DNA of 63,177 nucleotides, filler included, from Nemertoderma westbladi (lineage: Eukaryota > Animalia > Xenacoelomorpha), in the NCBI GenBank assembly GCA_032718475.1. It is 4 parts of 4 records of this genome, joined end to end, with 100 filler letters (N's around TTAATTAATTAA, not from the genome) between each part and the next. Parts side by side here need not be neighbours in the genome. Positions count along the whole stretch, not along the records: positions 14,732 to 29,558 come from JAUCBJ010004999.1; positions 29,659 to 55,959 come from JAUCBJ010000750.1; 2 more parts are not named here. One strand, 5' to 3'. Position 1 is the stretch's first letter. Every line of letters begins with the position of its first letter. A program made the translations under genes and the position numbers. Below the pieces are notes generated by a model. That model saw only the letters and a list, made by a program, of their open reading frames with translations, had not been told where the DNA came from and did no database searches. Shown one piece after another: positions 24,500-37,216 of this stretch.

Positions 24500-25134
24500 T
24501 TAATTATTATTATTATTATTATTTTCGCTACGTTTATAATCAATGTAATTTTTAATGTAACAATTATGATTACGAAATATATCCGATCTAAATCTTAAAT
24601 GTTCGGGTGTTTCCTGACGTAAATCAATTATGAAATGTGAAAATGGGTCAATAGTCGCATCTTGATAGAAATCTACTAAAAATTTTGTCTGCCCGGGTAA
24701 CATCTGCTTCGCGAAATTTAAAACCGATAAACTGTCTCGCGGATTTTTCATTAATACTAAGGTATGCTATTAATTGAACTTGTACGGTTATGCTTCCCAC
24801 CGTAAAACATGTTTTGCGTTATGAAACAAATAAATATATTGGAATGATGAGCAACCTTAGTAAATAATACAGTTAAGGCTGTACTGGACTCAGTTTCTGT
24901 TAATAAATCGTCTATAATTAATAAATCTCGACTATTTATTAAACTATCTATATTTTCGGGTAAACCTTTGTAAAGGTGGGTAATACCTGGAATAGTTGGG
25001 GAATTGCTCCCATAACAATACAATACTCGCAAGGGGGATACATTGAAGCAACCATTCTTGTGTTTGATTAAGTTGCCGACAAAGGTAGATTTACCCGACC
25101 CAGATGGTCCAGAAATGATCAAACTCGTTCCCAT
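24500..25134 (-). pseudogene. Maverick A32/FtsK-like genome-packaging ATPase, frameshifted near 24757
   Basis: Walker A GPSGSGKST, Walker B LLIIDDL, LFTK..HH.N...FITQN, then KNPRD...AKQM.PG...YQDAT..PFSHFIIDL in the next frame. Confidence 0.9.
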
Positions 25135-25325
25135 TTGAAAATTTAAATTATATGGGCCTGAATGAATGAAAAATGGTATACAATATAGAACGTAATCTGG
25201 TTGATTTAGATTTTCATGATTTTTTCACCTACGCAAGTGTGTACAGAAGTAGTCTGAGAGGACACAGAAGTAAACTCTATATGTCTTCATATAGAGTTGA
25301 TGTATTTAAACATTCGTTTGCCAAT

Positions 25326-25900
25326 TGTTAGCTTATCCAATTCCGCTAACACCCCATAAAGTGAGCCGTTAAGCAATATTGGGAACACGAGGTTGATTAC
25401 CAATATCAACCTCGTGTCACCCCAACAAAGTGGGAAGGAGAGATACACGCACAATAGGGGTCAGGGGTTACGCCCCAGAAAGAGAGAGAATAGCAGGGGC
25501 GAAGGGAAACACTTCTGGGGAAGGTAAAAGGGCGACAACAGGGTTATTAGCCAATGGGGGGAAGGCACCAGCTGAGTAACGTAGCTTGGCCAACCGTGCA
25601 ATATATATTATCAGTACAGCTATAATTTAGTCAGTGTATCATTTAGTGTTAGTTAGGTTAGTTTAGCTAGGGAAGTACCGGGACTTTAATCACCGTCTCC
25701 CGCCTTCCGTTTACTATCATTCAATTATACAGTTATACATATATCATCTATACTATTATACATTATACCCGAGAGACTATATACAACGATCAACAAACTC
25801 TTTTCACCTTTCACACACGGCGGGGACGCGTAGATTGATAAACCGGATAAATCGGGATCCTTCGTGGATCCCGTCACAGTGATTAAACCCAAGCCGCCCC
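25326..25900 (+). mobile_element. Possible LTR/leader of the downstream gag element
   Basis: Starts with TGT, contains a TATA-like tract near 25602 and lies directly before gag. No second LTR or clear PBS seen. Confidence 0.3.
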
Positions 25901-25937
25901 TAGTTAAACAGTGAAACCAGCCACCAATCTAAAGCAC

Positions 25938-26975
25938 ATGATGAGCCGAGGGAGAGAGACGACACCGCCGCGGACCCCGGACGGAGACCTAACGATCCGT
26001 GAGGCCGCGACGAGACGATACGGACCCACGACGCCGGTTGATGCTACGTCAACCGCGTCGACGCCGGTCGACGCCACGTCGATGACGAGCGACCCGGCAA
26101 ACCGAGACATGGGGGGTCGTCTACGAGGAGAGCGCGAGACGAGGGAGGAGAGAGACGAGTCGACACGGAGCGAGGGTCGACGTACCGATGTCGCCGGCCA
26201 GCCACAGGCCGAGGGCGACGGACGGCCCACCGGAACGGCGACAGTGGGGCCGACGGTACGACGCCGGACCCGGAGAGACGGAGGAGATGTTGGCGACGAG
26301 GACGTCGGGGTGAGTGATCGACTTCGACGGGCCTACAACGCGACCCGGAAGCTACTTAAAGAGGCCAAAGGAGGGGCGAAAGTAGATGAGGTAAAGTTAA
26401 AGAAAAGGCTAGGTGAGTCGAACGAACACTTTAACTATCTACTGCGCTTTGGGCAGAGAGAACTAGCCGAGGACAGAGCGAGAGGGGTTGCCAGCGAACT
26501 GTATGATCTATGGGAGTGTAGGGGTATGCAGCCTAGTTTGGTGTACATAGGGCCATACTTAGTCCATGTCCGGGGAGCAAAATTAGTGGGTTGGAGGAGA
26601 CCTGAGGAGGGCGAATCCGAGGTTAACCCCGAGGATTCGGTCTCGTCGGTCGGAGGAAGTTCCGAGAGGAGGGGGAAAGTTAGTAGAACAGGAAGGCGGA
26701 GGGAATCCGTCATGACCGATAAGTCTGCCACATCCTCCGCAAAAGAAAGACGGGTGAGGGAAATAAATGCGGTGTACCATCTCGATCTGATAGCGCAAGG
26801 CCAGAGAGAAGTACAGAGACAGTTAGAGGAGGGGAGAGCGCTATTAGAGAAGGAGATGGAACTGGCTAGAGAGACCGGAGAGAGGGCCGAGAAGGCTGCG
26901 AGGAGTTTTAGGGAGTGTGAGGAAATAGGGAGGAAAGAACAAGAAGAGCGTGAGGCGAGAGAGGATAGTGAACTA
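25938..26975 (+). mobile_element. BEL/Pao-like gag N-terminal region, 3'-truncated
   Basis: VNPEDSVSSV followed by a Ser/Arg-rich tract and an E/R/A coiled coil; ends abruptly at the opposite-strand LINE. Confidence 0.55.
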
Positions 26976-28690
26976 CGCTCGTATAATTTACTCATAACTG
27001 GTAATAGTGAGATTGGACGGTAATTAGTTGTAAAACGCGGATCACCAGATTTATAGGCAGGTATTACTTGTGCTTGCTTGAGCGAATTTGGAAAAAAACC
27101 ATTTACAATGCTTATATTTATTAATTCCGAGATATGTTCACTCAAAATACGAGCAGCCAGCTTTATAAGTTTGATTGGGCATATCATTTGTAGCTGAGGC
27201 TTCTTTTATGTCTAAGATAAAATATTGCACCTCAACCGGTGTCGTTTTTATAAGTGCAAAGGAGTTCGATTTTTTATGCCTAATATGTCGCAGAGGACAA
27301 CGGGGAGATATGGGAATTTCATTGGAGAGAGAAGGACCTATAGAAGTGAAAAATTTATTAAATGTTTCGGCAATATCACCTGGTTCAGTGATCAATGACT
27401 CAATGTTACCATCAGACACGGATATTTTACGTGGAATGGATTTTTTCGGTGTTCGACCAAGAGCAGTATTTATAGTACGCCAAGTTTTCCGCATATTTGA
27501 TTTATTTTTATCAAATTGTGATGTATAATAATCCCGTTCCGCGCCCCTTAATATTGTTGTAAGTTTATTTCTATATGTTTTATATATTAAATGGTTTTTC
27601 GGGGTTTGTTTATGAACGTATTTCGCATATAAGTTATTTTTTTTATTGATTGACTTTACCAGTGATTGGGTAAGCCAGGGTTTATGAGGCACCAGTTTTT
27701 TTGGAATTTTTTTGCGTGGGGCATGTTTTTGACATATTGCATCTAAATTTGAATAAAATATATCAAAGCGATCTCTCAACTGATTATTCGCGTTATTATA
27801 GGTCCACGTGTCAATGTCTGACAAATCAGCTAAAAATGTTGTATGATCAAAATTTGAATAATCATAAATAAAGTTCGTAGTATCAGGCCTGAAATAATTA
27901 GAATAATCTGTTAAGATCACGAATGTCGGTAAGTGATCGGCAATTTCTGTTAGGAAAACACCCTCATTAGATATCGATGTATTAATATTGGTTATGACAT
28001 GGTCAAGCAAAGATGGTGGAGAACTTTTAATGCGAGTTGGCTTTGTAATGACCTGCTTAAAACCGTTTGAGTTTATGGTTTGAAGGTAATTAAGAGTTAA
28101 ATTACAAGGTTTTTTTAAATTGATGTTCATGTCACCTGTAATGATCACGTCATAGCCTTTATCAGCTAGCAAGGATAGTAAGTTATCCAAATCATCGATA
28201 AAATTATTACGGTCATCTGTTTGGGAAACATACATACATCCTATTATTAGAGGTTTATTTGGATGGGGACGTTTTACTTCGATCCAGCAATTCTCAGGTC
28301 CCGATATTCGTAAATCAGTAGGTTCAATAAAATCGAACTCATCTCGAATGAAAATTGCAGTGCCGCCTCGTTTTGTGTCACGCCTATCCTGTGAGACCAA
28401 CTCATAACCTGGAAAAGTAATTTCTGAGGGGTCCGAAGAAGTGCTCAAAATGTTTCAGAAAATGTCAACACATCGAAATCACTCGACAGAGTTTGGAAAA
28501 AATTTGATATTTCACACTTGTGTGTTGGTAGGCTTTGGCTATTGACATGAAAAACCGAGAACGACTTAGAGTTCTCTAAGTTACCGAATTCTTTATTAAA
28601 AGTATCAGCTGTGTGATAACCCCCGCGAAATATTGTTGTTATCTAAATTTATGTCCGGATCAATATCATTGAATGGAGAGTTAGATAGAT
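26976..28690 (-). mobile_element. CR1-group (Crack/Daphne/L2-like) LINE ORF2: APE endonuclease and start of RT, 3'-truncated
   Basis: DIDPDIN, FHVNSQSL, FSET, RGGTAIFI, TGDMNIN, PTR...LLDHVITN, ADHLP, KPWLT, FNKFFTSIG, KQAQVIPAYKSG...NYRPISLLPVMSKLYE; contains frameshifts. Confidence 0.88.
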
Positions 28691-29558
28691 CGGTCGTCGA
28701 AGTTTAAATTACAATGGGTAGACGAATCACCAAATATATCGTCATAGCAGCAATAGCACCGGGATGCGACTACGGGGCAACCATCGACCCCATCCAAGTG
28801 ATAGAGTCAATAAACATCAATGCCAGGCGACCAACCAACATCGAGAGTCGGAACAATATAAATTCCTGGATGATATCAACTTCTCAATCCCAGAGGTGGA
28901 CGGTCCATCATAGTAGGAATGGACTGCCCGACGGCCCACGAAAGGATGCAAACGGTCTTCGGCGAAGACAAGCAGTGTGACCCGGTGGCGATATTGACAC
29001 CGTTCGGGTGGACACTGAGCGGCCCAATTAAGAGTAAGATACCATTAGGATGTCGGAGACATCGGGATGCATGTTCGCAGGAACTATGCAAGAAATAGAG
29101 GATGAGAGAGCGGAGGAGCAGCTTAGAAGACTGCTCAGACAGGATTTTGAGGGGTTAAAGGAAACCGGGGGTCGGAATCTCGGTAGAAGACAAGCAGGCT
29201 CTACAGAGCGTAAAGGGAGTCTATGAGGTGTGAAGAGGGGCAGTACTTGTATTACTTATGTCTAGTGCTGTAGATTCTCCGGTAAACAACACTAATTGTC
29301 TACGGAGTTTCCCCGTTCACTTATTTGATCCGACGACTACAAAAAAAACTACCCCCCACCCCCACCCCCTCACTCTCTCTCTCTCCTACCCCTACCGCCT
29401 ACCCTACTCTAATCTACTAAACTAACGCTATGGACAATCTTCACTGTGATTTTTGCTTCTCTGTGTTCACTAATTCAGATTGTAAATTGCATTGTGAGCT
29501 TTTGTGGCTTCACGTATCACTCACAATGTGGCACATGTCTCACCCAAAGCGAGGTGGA

Positions 29559-29658
29559 NNNNNNNNNNNNNNNNNNNNNNNNNNNNNNNNNNNNNNNNNN
29601 NNTTAATTAATTAANNNNNNNNNNNNNNNNNNNNNNNNNNNNNNNNNNNNNNNNNNNN
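29559..29658. other. Artificial contig linker
   Basis: N-TTAATTAATTAA-N. Confidence 0.97.
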
Positions 29659-29818
29659 AGTTTCCGAAGCAATATGCGAAAATTAACAATAACCTAATAT
29701 AATAACCTCGGCCTGCGGCCTCGGTAATTATACAGGTTAATTTGCTTCTGGAACGGCATCAGTGATTATTCAGTTTTATTCGCTTCAGGTTATTTGGAAA
29801 ACTTCAGGAAATTTCGCA

Positions 29819-29984
29819 CTGTTGTGTCCCTGGGCAAGACACTTTAGACATTAATGCCAACGCCAACCCAGCGGTATAATGGGAACCTGGCTTTGCTGGG
29901 GTAATGATAATAAAAGCGCTTTGAGTATGATGAGCGTAGAAAAGCGCTATATAAATAACCAATATTATTATTATTATTATTATT
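29819..29984 (+). mobile_element. 5'-truncated SINE with CORE-like body and L2-type tail
   Basis: TGTTGTGTCCCTGGGCAAGACACTT body; AAGCGCTTTGAG...AGAAAAGCGCTATATAAAT followed by (ATT)n. Confidence 0.7.
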
Positions 29985-30629
29985 CTTTCATATATTAACT
30001 CTAGAACATTGCAATATTGTATGTACAGTATATTAACGTTAAAAAAAGTCGTAGGCCTATTGTCAGATCTTTAATGAGTAGTACATTAGTGTAATAGAAT
30101 CTAAAATTCTAATGTAATTCTAATTTTCTAATTAAATTCTAATTTAGTATAAATAGCAAAAGAATCTAAAATTCCCTACACTCTGGAAAGAGCCAGGTTT
30201 TTACGCGAGGGTTAGTCTTTAGCAACACTCGAAATTAAAATAGCCCCTCGTTAACAAACTGCTACACGCCCGAAAATAAATATCGATAGCTAACAATGTG
30301 ATCCTTTAAATATTCTCCAACCTCTCTACTTATTTTTTAAATCTATTTTTTATATATAGTAGAAATTAGTATTATTGTACATTAGTACATTACTACTTAT
30401 ATCTTTCCATTGGACGACCAAACAGAAGCAGTCTTTCTAGTTTATAGGTTGTTGCCAGACAAAAATGAAAACTTTATATAGGATTCACAGAAAGCGTTTT
30501 TTTTCCAATTTGCCGGATAGATCTTTTACACTGGCCGTTTGTGCTATTTATAAACTTATTTGGGGTAAAACATTTAGATGTAAATAATTTTATCTATATC
30601 ATATTATTAATTAAAAGACGCCGGTAAAA

Positions 30630-31090
30630 TATGGAGGGTGGTGAATATTATCCAAAGCTGCTACAACAAGCATTGAAATACAGAATACCATGGCTCCTGC
30701 ACTAAAAAGGCGTATTGCTGCTATGGTGAATGCATTGAACCAAATACAATATGTCCCCGAGTTTTATGCACATCCGCGGGTTTGCACTGTAATAATAGCC
30801 TTAAAATTTGACAAATGAAATAAATGTTTTCGATATCATAATAAATATCAGCCAAAAGGCACACTGTCAAAATATGGATGGGAGCAAAGTTATCCAGACC
30901 TGCTAAAACTAGCATCGAAATATACTATACCATAGCTCCAGCTCAAGAAGGCGTTGCGGTCAATATCCGCCACTATCTACGTGAATCATTGAACGAAATA
31001 CAATATGTCCCCGAATTGTATGTACACCCGCGGGTTTGCAGAAAAACTGCAATCATAGCTTTAAATTATGACAATAATGTAAATAATATT
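30630..31090. repeat. Diverged local tandem duplication, about 260-bp period
   Basis: AAATACAATATGTCCCCGA...CATCC/CACCC-GCGGGTTTGCA at about 30742 and 30996. Confidence 0.7.
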
Positions 31091-31460
31091 TTCAAGATCA
31101 TGCTGAATAATAGTAATGAGGCTTTGGTAATATTCAGGGATGGATATCTTATTTGAGTAATGAAATATGCTTGTCAAATGTCAAATGTCCCGTTTTGTAT
31201 TGTTTATATCATACCAAGATTTAACACAATTATACACATATGTGTATTCCCTCCAACGTGGTGAGTCCCCGGTTTTAAGGTGAAGTGCGTGTTTGGAAAA
31301 ACGGTGATTGGGTCAATCAAAGGATATAGGGTAGATAGGAAATTTTATAGCGATAAAGAATATAATATTTTCAAAAGTATATTGTCAAAAATAATGAATT
31401 TGAAAGGTGGTCTCGGTTTGTTTGTAACAAAGGGATGTCCCCGATTTACACCTTTCACCC

Positions 31461-31526
31461 GTGTGTGTGTGTGTGTGCGTGGCATAGTGTGTGTGTGGGT
31501 GGCATAGTGTGTGTGTGCGTGGCATA
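31461..31526. repeat. (GTGTGTGTGT-GGGTGGCATA) 20-bp minisatellite, with an inverted copy at 32445-32565
   Basis: Reverse-complement match between the two arrays. Confidence 0.8.
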
Positions 31527-31527
31527 T

Positions 31528-31790
31528 GTCCCAGTGTCCGAGTGGATACAGCGCCTGACTGCTTTCACAATAGTGTTTGCGGCGCATGTTCAAATCCGAC
31601 TTAAGGCTGTAGAAATTTTGCACCGTGGTGTTACTAGGCAAGGCACTTTAGACTTAGTGCTACGCCAACCCAGCAGTATAATGGGAACCTGGCTTTGCTG
31701 GGGAAAAAATAATGCAGGCGCTCTGATAAAGGGTATGTGGCCCCTAAGGGTGCCTGAAATAACAAATATAAATGTTAAATTTATTTTTTT
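31528..31790 (+). mobile_element. tRNA-derived SINE
   Basis: A box TGTCCGAGTGG, B box GTTCAAATCC (31588-31597); central domain shared with 29819-29984. Confidence 0.7.
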
Positions 31791-32025
31791 ATAGTGTTTA
31801 CATCATTTCATTATCTCAGGTTAATTCAATATGTCGATGTATCTAAGATCTGGTATAGGTGAGTAAAAAATAGCAATGAAAGTATATGAAATATTTGAGA
31901 ATTAAATTAATGTTGTTAAAAATTACAGCAATAACATTGACCCAGATACCTTGGTATTAATAGTTTAGCTAATTGTTTAGTTTTATTAGATTAATAAAAG
32001 TGTTCCAAAAAAATTCCTGTTTGTA

Positions 32026-32445
32026 TTATTCCCAATGCAAACAGATACTTCGGAAAATGTGAAGGGCTTCTTCTGTGTGGTTTCGTGGTGGGTACTGAAA
32101 TCCATAGTTTGCACACACGTACATGTAATAAGCATGGGTGTTTTCTGGAATCGAGACATCAGTATTACCCAGATCTCCATTTACTGTATCAATATGTAGC
32201 CTATTCACTCTGAGTTCTAAATCAGCAACTCCTCCTCGTGGAGTTGGAACGTAATAATTCACAAGTGGTCTGCCTGAAACTGTGTAAAAACGTGACCTAC
32301 GTATGTAATGCGAATTCCAGTTATTGCAAATATCATTTAACTGATTCTGAATGAGGTCCGAAAATGCAAACCACATAATGTTGCGATGGTGCGTTATTGC
32401 AGGATTGTAGATCCCTATCTCTACAATGTCTTTAAAATAGTTGAT
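32026..32445 (-). mobile_element. C-terminal fragment of an integrase-core (IS3EU-like) DDE transposase
   Basis: FAFSDLIQNQLNDICNNWNSHYIRRSR...GRP..NY matches the WNxHxIR signature; 5' part lost at the minisatellite. Confidence 0.6.
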
Positions 32446-32634
32446 GCCACGCACACACACACCCCCCCCCCCTCACACTCACTATGCCACCCACACACAC
32501 ACTATGCCACCCACACACACACTATGCCACCTACACACACACTATGCCAGGCACACACACACTATAAAATTAAGAATGATGTTTGTGTGGGTGACCTGTG
32601 TGTGAGAGGAGCGGTGGCCGTTATGGGCCACCGT

Positions 32635-33050
32635 AGTCGTGGGACCATGGAGCTCATTTTGGCACTTAGAAGGATAATTGAAGAGTTATCAAAAAAGAAA
32701 GACAGGCATCTGGCTGTTATCTTTGTTGACTTCTTCAAGGCCTTTGATTCAGTCTCTCCCTCACGTATGTTCAGCATACTTTCATTATATGGGATTCCTG
32801 ATGAAATTATTGCAGCAAATCAGATCAGTATACGATTGTTCGACAACATTTGTGTCTACTGTTGACGGTGACACAGAACTATTTGAAGTGTTATGGGGCG
32901 TCCTCCAGGGAGACACACTTGCACCATTCTTGTTCATAATTGTTGTTGACTATGTTCTACGCATGTCCTTAGATCATCATAATGGTGATGGGGTGATGAT
33001 AACTCCACCTACTGGCTCCAGAAGTCGAGGAAATCCTGCCAAGTACCTAC
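32635..33050 (+). mobile_element. RTE LINE RT fragment
   Basis: Near-identical to the other copies (FVDFFKAFDS, QGDTLAPFLF); 1-nt frameshift. Confidence 0.9.
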
Positions 33051-34292
33051 CAAAATATTTTTGTCATCAGAAATGTTCAAAAAACAAGCAATTCGGCTTT
33101 TTTTGTGATCAAAAACCTAAAAACCTAGTTTTAGACTTTTTTCAAATTTTAGGTTTTTGATAAAAATCGACAAAAACCTAGGTTTACAAAAACCTACTTT
33201 GCCAGCCCTGGTTCTGTCTCTCTGTTCGTAATCATGTAACAAGTTTTAACATTAGTTTATTGTTTTGGTTCCCCCAACTCAACTCTCAGCCTCTGCCAGT
33301 CTGTAACCTACTCCTTTACTTACCTGCCTACAACCACAGTCTGCAAGTCTATTATCAACCTGTCTGCCTGTCATCTGTCAATTACCTGTAAATATTGTCT
33401 ATTTTGTTAGAATTTTAAATTATGCAATGTTTTATTGTACATATGAAAGTTTTAACTATACTGTCAGACTGTAATCTGCTACAGTATGTTTTACTTTTGC
33501 TTTTAATGTGCGTTCGAAATCAATTCAAAATCAATTCTAAAATATTTGGTGTCATCACATCATCCCGTTCATTATTTTACTCTACTGTGAATTGTATGTA
33601 TACTTACGGTAGTTAATACAGTAATAAAATATATTATACTTGTGAGTTGTGACCACCTACATAGTCGAAGTCGAGTCATGTTTAATGTGTTATGGTGTAA
33701 TAAAAAACTTCAACATCAACTTCATGTAGGACTATGCAGCAATGTAACAATGTAGGCCTACTTATATCTGTACTATTGTTCAACCGGAGCACCGGCTCCG
33801 GGCCGGGTTTGCCCTGTCCAGCTCCGGACCTGCCCTGGTAAAATAGTTGCCGGAGTTCCGGTAAAAAGTTACATGTCCTGCAAAGCAAAAAATGAAGAAA
33901 TCAGGAAATATGTATGCAGTCAGGCAGTGTATGTACTGTACCGTCACCGTGTATGCTGTATTATTTATTAAGCCAACATTATGGCACCAGTAAAATAAGT
34001 AAATAACGATCATACTAGAGACGGCGTCAAGACGCCGTTAAGCAAGTCGGAAGTCGTCAATCAAAGGTACGTTCCCTCAACAATGTTTACCTTTGTTCAG
34101 AAGGGAAGTGTTATTTATCTATGGTCAGAGAGAGATCCCACTCTGTAATTTGGCAATTGCTCAAATCCATTCAGCTGAATGACTCAGTAGAGTAAACTAA
34201 AGTAAATTCCCTCAGCCTCAACAATGTTTGCCTATGGTGTGAAGGGAATCTGACAGAGAATAATCTTAGCCACTAAATGTCATTCACCTAAC

Positions 34293-34955
34293 AAAACATT
34301 TTGAATGCCACAGTGATTAACCCAATACAGATAATAAGCAGTTATTTTTATATTTCAAACTATAATGTTAGTGTAAGCCTTACAGAGTATCAGTATGAGG
34401 CTGAGTAAACATTCCGCCTTATAAGCATACAGCCTCCACAGTATTAATGTTGGCCAAAAGATTTAAAAATAAAATACAGTGCAATAGTACTCTGTAACCT
34501 ACAGTCATTCAGCTTGCACTAAATATCAATCACCTATAAAACATTTAAACATTTTGAATGCCACAGTGTGTAACCTGATACAGATAATAAGCAGTGATTT
34601 TTATGTTTTAAACTATAACGTTAGTGTTAGCCTTACAGTGTATCAGTATGAAGCTGAGTAAACATTCGCCTTATAAGCATACAACCTCCAAAGTATTAAT
34701 GTTGGACGAAAGATTTAAAAATAAAATACAGTGCAGTAGTACTCTGTAACTAACAGTCATTCAGCTTGCACTAAATGTCAATCACCTATAAAACATTTTG
34801 AATGCCACAGTGATTATTAACCCAATACAGATAATAAGAAGTGATTTTTATATTTCAAACTATAATGTTAGTCTTAGCCTTACAAAGTATCAGTATAAGG
34901 CTGAGTAAACATTCCACCTTATAAGCATACAGCCTCCACAGTATTAATGTTGGCA
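34293..34955. repeat. About 250-bp tandem repeat, about 2.7 copies
   Basis: ACATTTTGAATGCCACAGTG...ACAGATAATAAG at about 34295, 34549 and 34792. Confidence 0.9.
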
Positions 34956-35229
34956 TAATGTAGCCGATACACTGTATACCTAATAGTCATTCAGCAGGGG
35001 GAAGAGTTATTCAGCTGAGGCGGTAATAGATTGCAAACTAAACCAACCAGTTGGCAGCCTCATCGATTTATACTAAGCCTGTGTAGAACCACAAACTAAA
35101 TCAACCAGTTAATATTTGCTTTGACAGAGAGTGCAGGGCCTAAACAAACAGTATGGGTGTACTAAGTACAATAATCTTGGCAACCTCATCGATTTATACT
35201 AAGCCTTGTGTAGAAATGCATTACATAAG

Positions 35230-35548
35230 CCATTTTTCATCAGGACACCAGCTGTCATGGGTGTTATTTTACCATTGCGCCTATGGCGTTTTTTTCGTTT
35301 ATCTCTATTTTTCGAGCCCAGAGGCTATGGACGGAGTAGCCGATCATGCCAGGGACCTTAGAATCGCGGTATCTAGATGCTGTGAAAATTTCATCAAAAT
35401 CGTTAGAGTAGTTTTGGCTGTAGATCAGCCAGCCAGCCAGCCAGCCAGTCAGCCAGCCAGCCAGCCAGTCAGTCAGTCAACAATTCTTACAGTAATCAAG
35501 TCTAACGACTTGCTAATTACAGTAATCAAGTCTAACGACTTGCTAATA
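35230..35548. mobile_element. Helentron/HINE-like non-autonomous element
   Basis: GTGAAAATTTCATCAAAATCG motif followed by a (CAGC/CAGT)n microsatellite and a short terminal duplication. Confidence 0.45.
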
Positions 35549-35939
35549 AATTAAAGCACGATTAATTGTTAAAAATATACTAAAGGTAGAGATACTTATA
35601 CTTAGATTTTTATAATGAAATATTATAAAATACTGAGAGCGCTTAAAATATTTATTTGGCCCAATCGTTAAGAGATTTATTGTTATTTCGGCAACTAGTA
35701 AGGTGATATATTTCGGCTGTATCCCCGCAAAGCTGGCAACTGCAATTTTCATCAGGTTCGTGGAAATCTTTTCTGGAACAGATCGCAAAGTGAAAGCCAT
35801 GGACAGAGAAGCGCGTTAATACGTTGTCGATTTCGTGTGACCGTCGTGTATGCTGATATGCAGTAAATACAGTACCTGTTTGCTGTTTGAGAGTTTGGTA
35901 ATGACCTGAATCCGTACCAGTGGGGGCAATTTTTTTGTC

Positions 35940-36260
35940 GATTTTCCCTATGCCCGTGGTGAAACACTTATGCTTTTAATTACCATTCTGGCTATTTATC
36001 TATGCCTGTGGCGAAAGACTTATACTTTTATTTACCATTCTGGCTATTTATCTATGCCTGTGGAGAAAGACTTATACTTTTAATTACCATTCTGGCTATT
36101 TACTGATTTATCTATGCCTGTGGAGAAAAACTTATACGTTTAAGTTTAATTACCATTCTGCTATTTATCTATGCCTGCCTGCCTGCTGGGAAATACTTAT
36201 ACTTTTAATTAACATTCTGCTGTTCTGGCTATTTATCTATGCCCTTGATGAAACACTTTA
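35940..36260. repeat. About 52-bp tandem repeat, 5-6 copies
   Basis: CTTATACTTTTAATTACCATTCTGGCTATTTATCTATGCC recurs. Confidence 0.88.
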
Positions 36261-36529
36261 ATAACTATTTTAAACTATATGATGATATTTAATTAAATAA
36301 ACCGAAAATAATATCCTATATAATTTTTGCAACCCGGTCTGCCGGTGCCATGCCACTAGACTGCTAGATGATCTTGTGGTTCCTTACTGCGAGCGCAGTT
36401 GCCTCTGTACCTTTAAAGACTCACTTTATATCAAGGTCAATATTCAATAGGTTGGACGCGGTAGCCCATTGTAAGGGTAGGTCAGTAGGTGGTAGGCTAC
36501 CAGGCTACAAAGACAAAGTACTGTACAGG

Positions 36530-37166
36530 GGTACGTACTAAAAGGTAGAACGATCTATAACGGGCTATAACGATCTATAACGGGCTATAATTTCCTATAA
36601 ACAGGCTATAACCACCTATAACGAGCTATAATATGAAAATTTTCATTAAAAAAAACGCCCCTTGGGTGTGTTAAACTTTTGGATTAACACGGTGGTTTGA
36701 AAAATCCCGCAGGTTAAAAATTAGGGTAGGCCTATCTGCCTATGCCTAATTGATACTGGTAAGTTTTTTTTATTGGCCTATATTGCTCACATTCCTGTAT
36801 TCTATATCGACCAGAAGCTGACAGCGAATATAGCAGGATGGAGGATAGACAGAGAGATGAGAGACCTCTCCTCTGCTGCACTGTCTGAAAGTCAGATAAT
36901 GCAGTAGTGGCATGCTAACTAATGCAGTAATGACTGATTTCGTGATACCACAAAGATGAAAAGCATTATGGACTAAAAAACCAAATTGCGTAATTAAATT
37001 ACTGACTAGGATAATAAATCCATTCTAAAATAGGTTTTTTTATTGTAAATTTCAGATTATAGCTCGTTATACAGTTATAGGTGGTTATAGCTTGTTATGG
37101 GGAAGTTATAGCCCGTTATAGATCGTTATAGCCCGTTATAGATCGTTCTACCTTTTAGTACGTACC
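36530..37166. mobile_element. MULE/foldback-type MITE with about 110-bp TIRs
   Basis: GGTACGTACTAAAAGGTAGAACGATCTATAACGGGCTATAA and its reverse complement; flanks CTGTACAGG and CAGTACAGG (9 bp, 1 mismatch). Confidence 0.85.
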
Positions 37167-37216
37167 CAGTACAGGCCTAAAAGTACAGAGAGCCTGAGAG
37201 GCAGAGAGGTAACGGG

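Noticed and set aside
26435-27187. 250-aa ORF as a novel gene
   Set aside because: About 70 aa of LINE RT fused to antisense gag.
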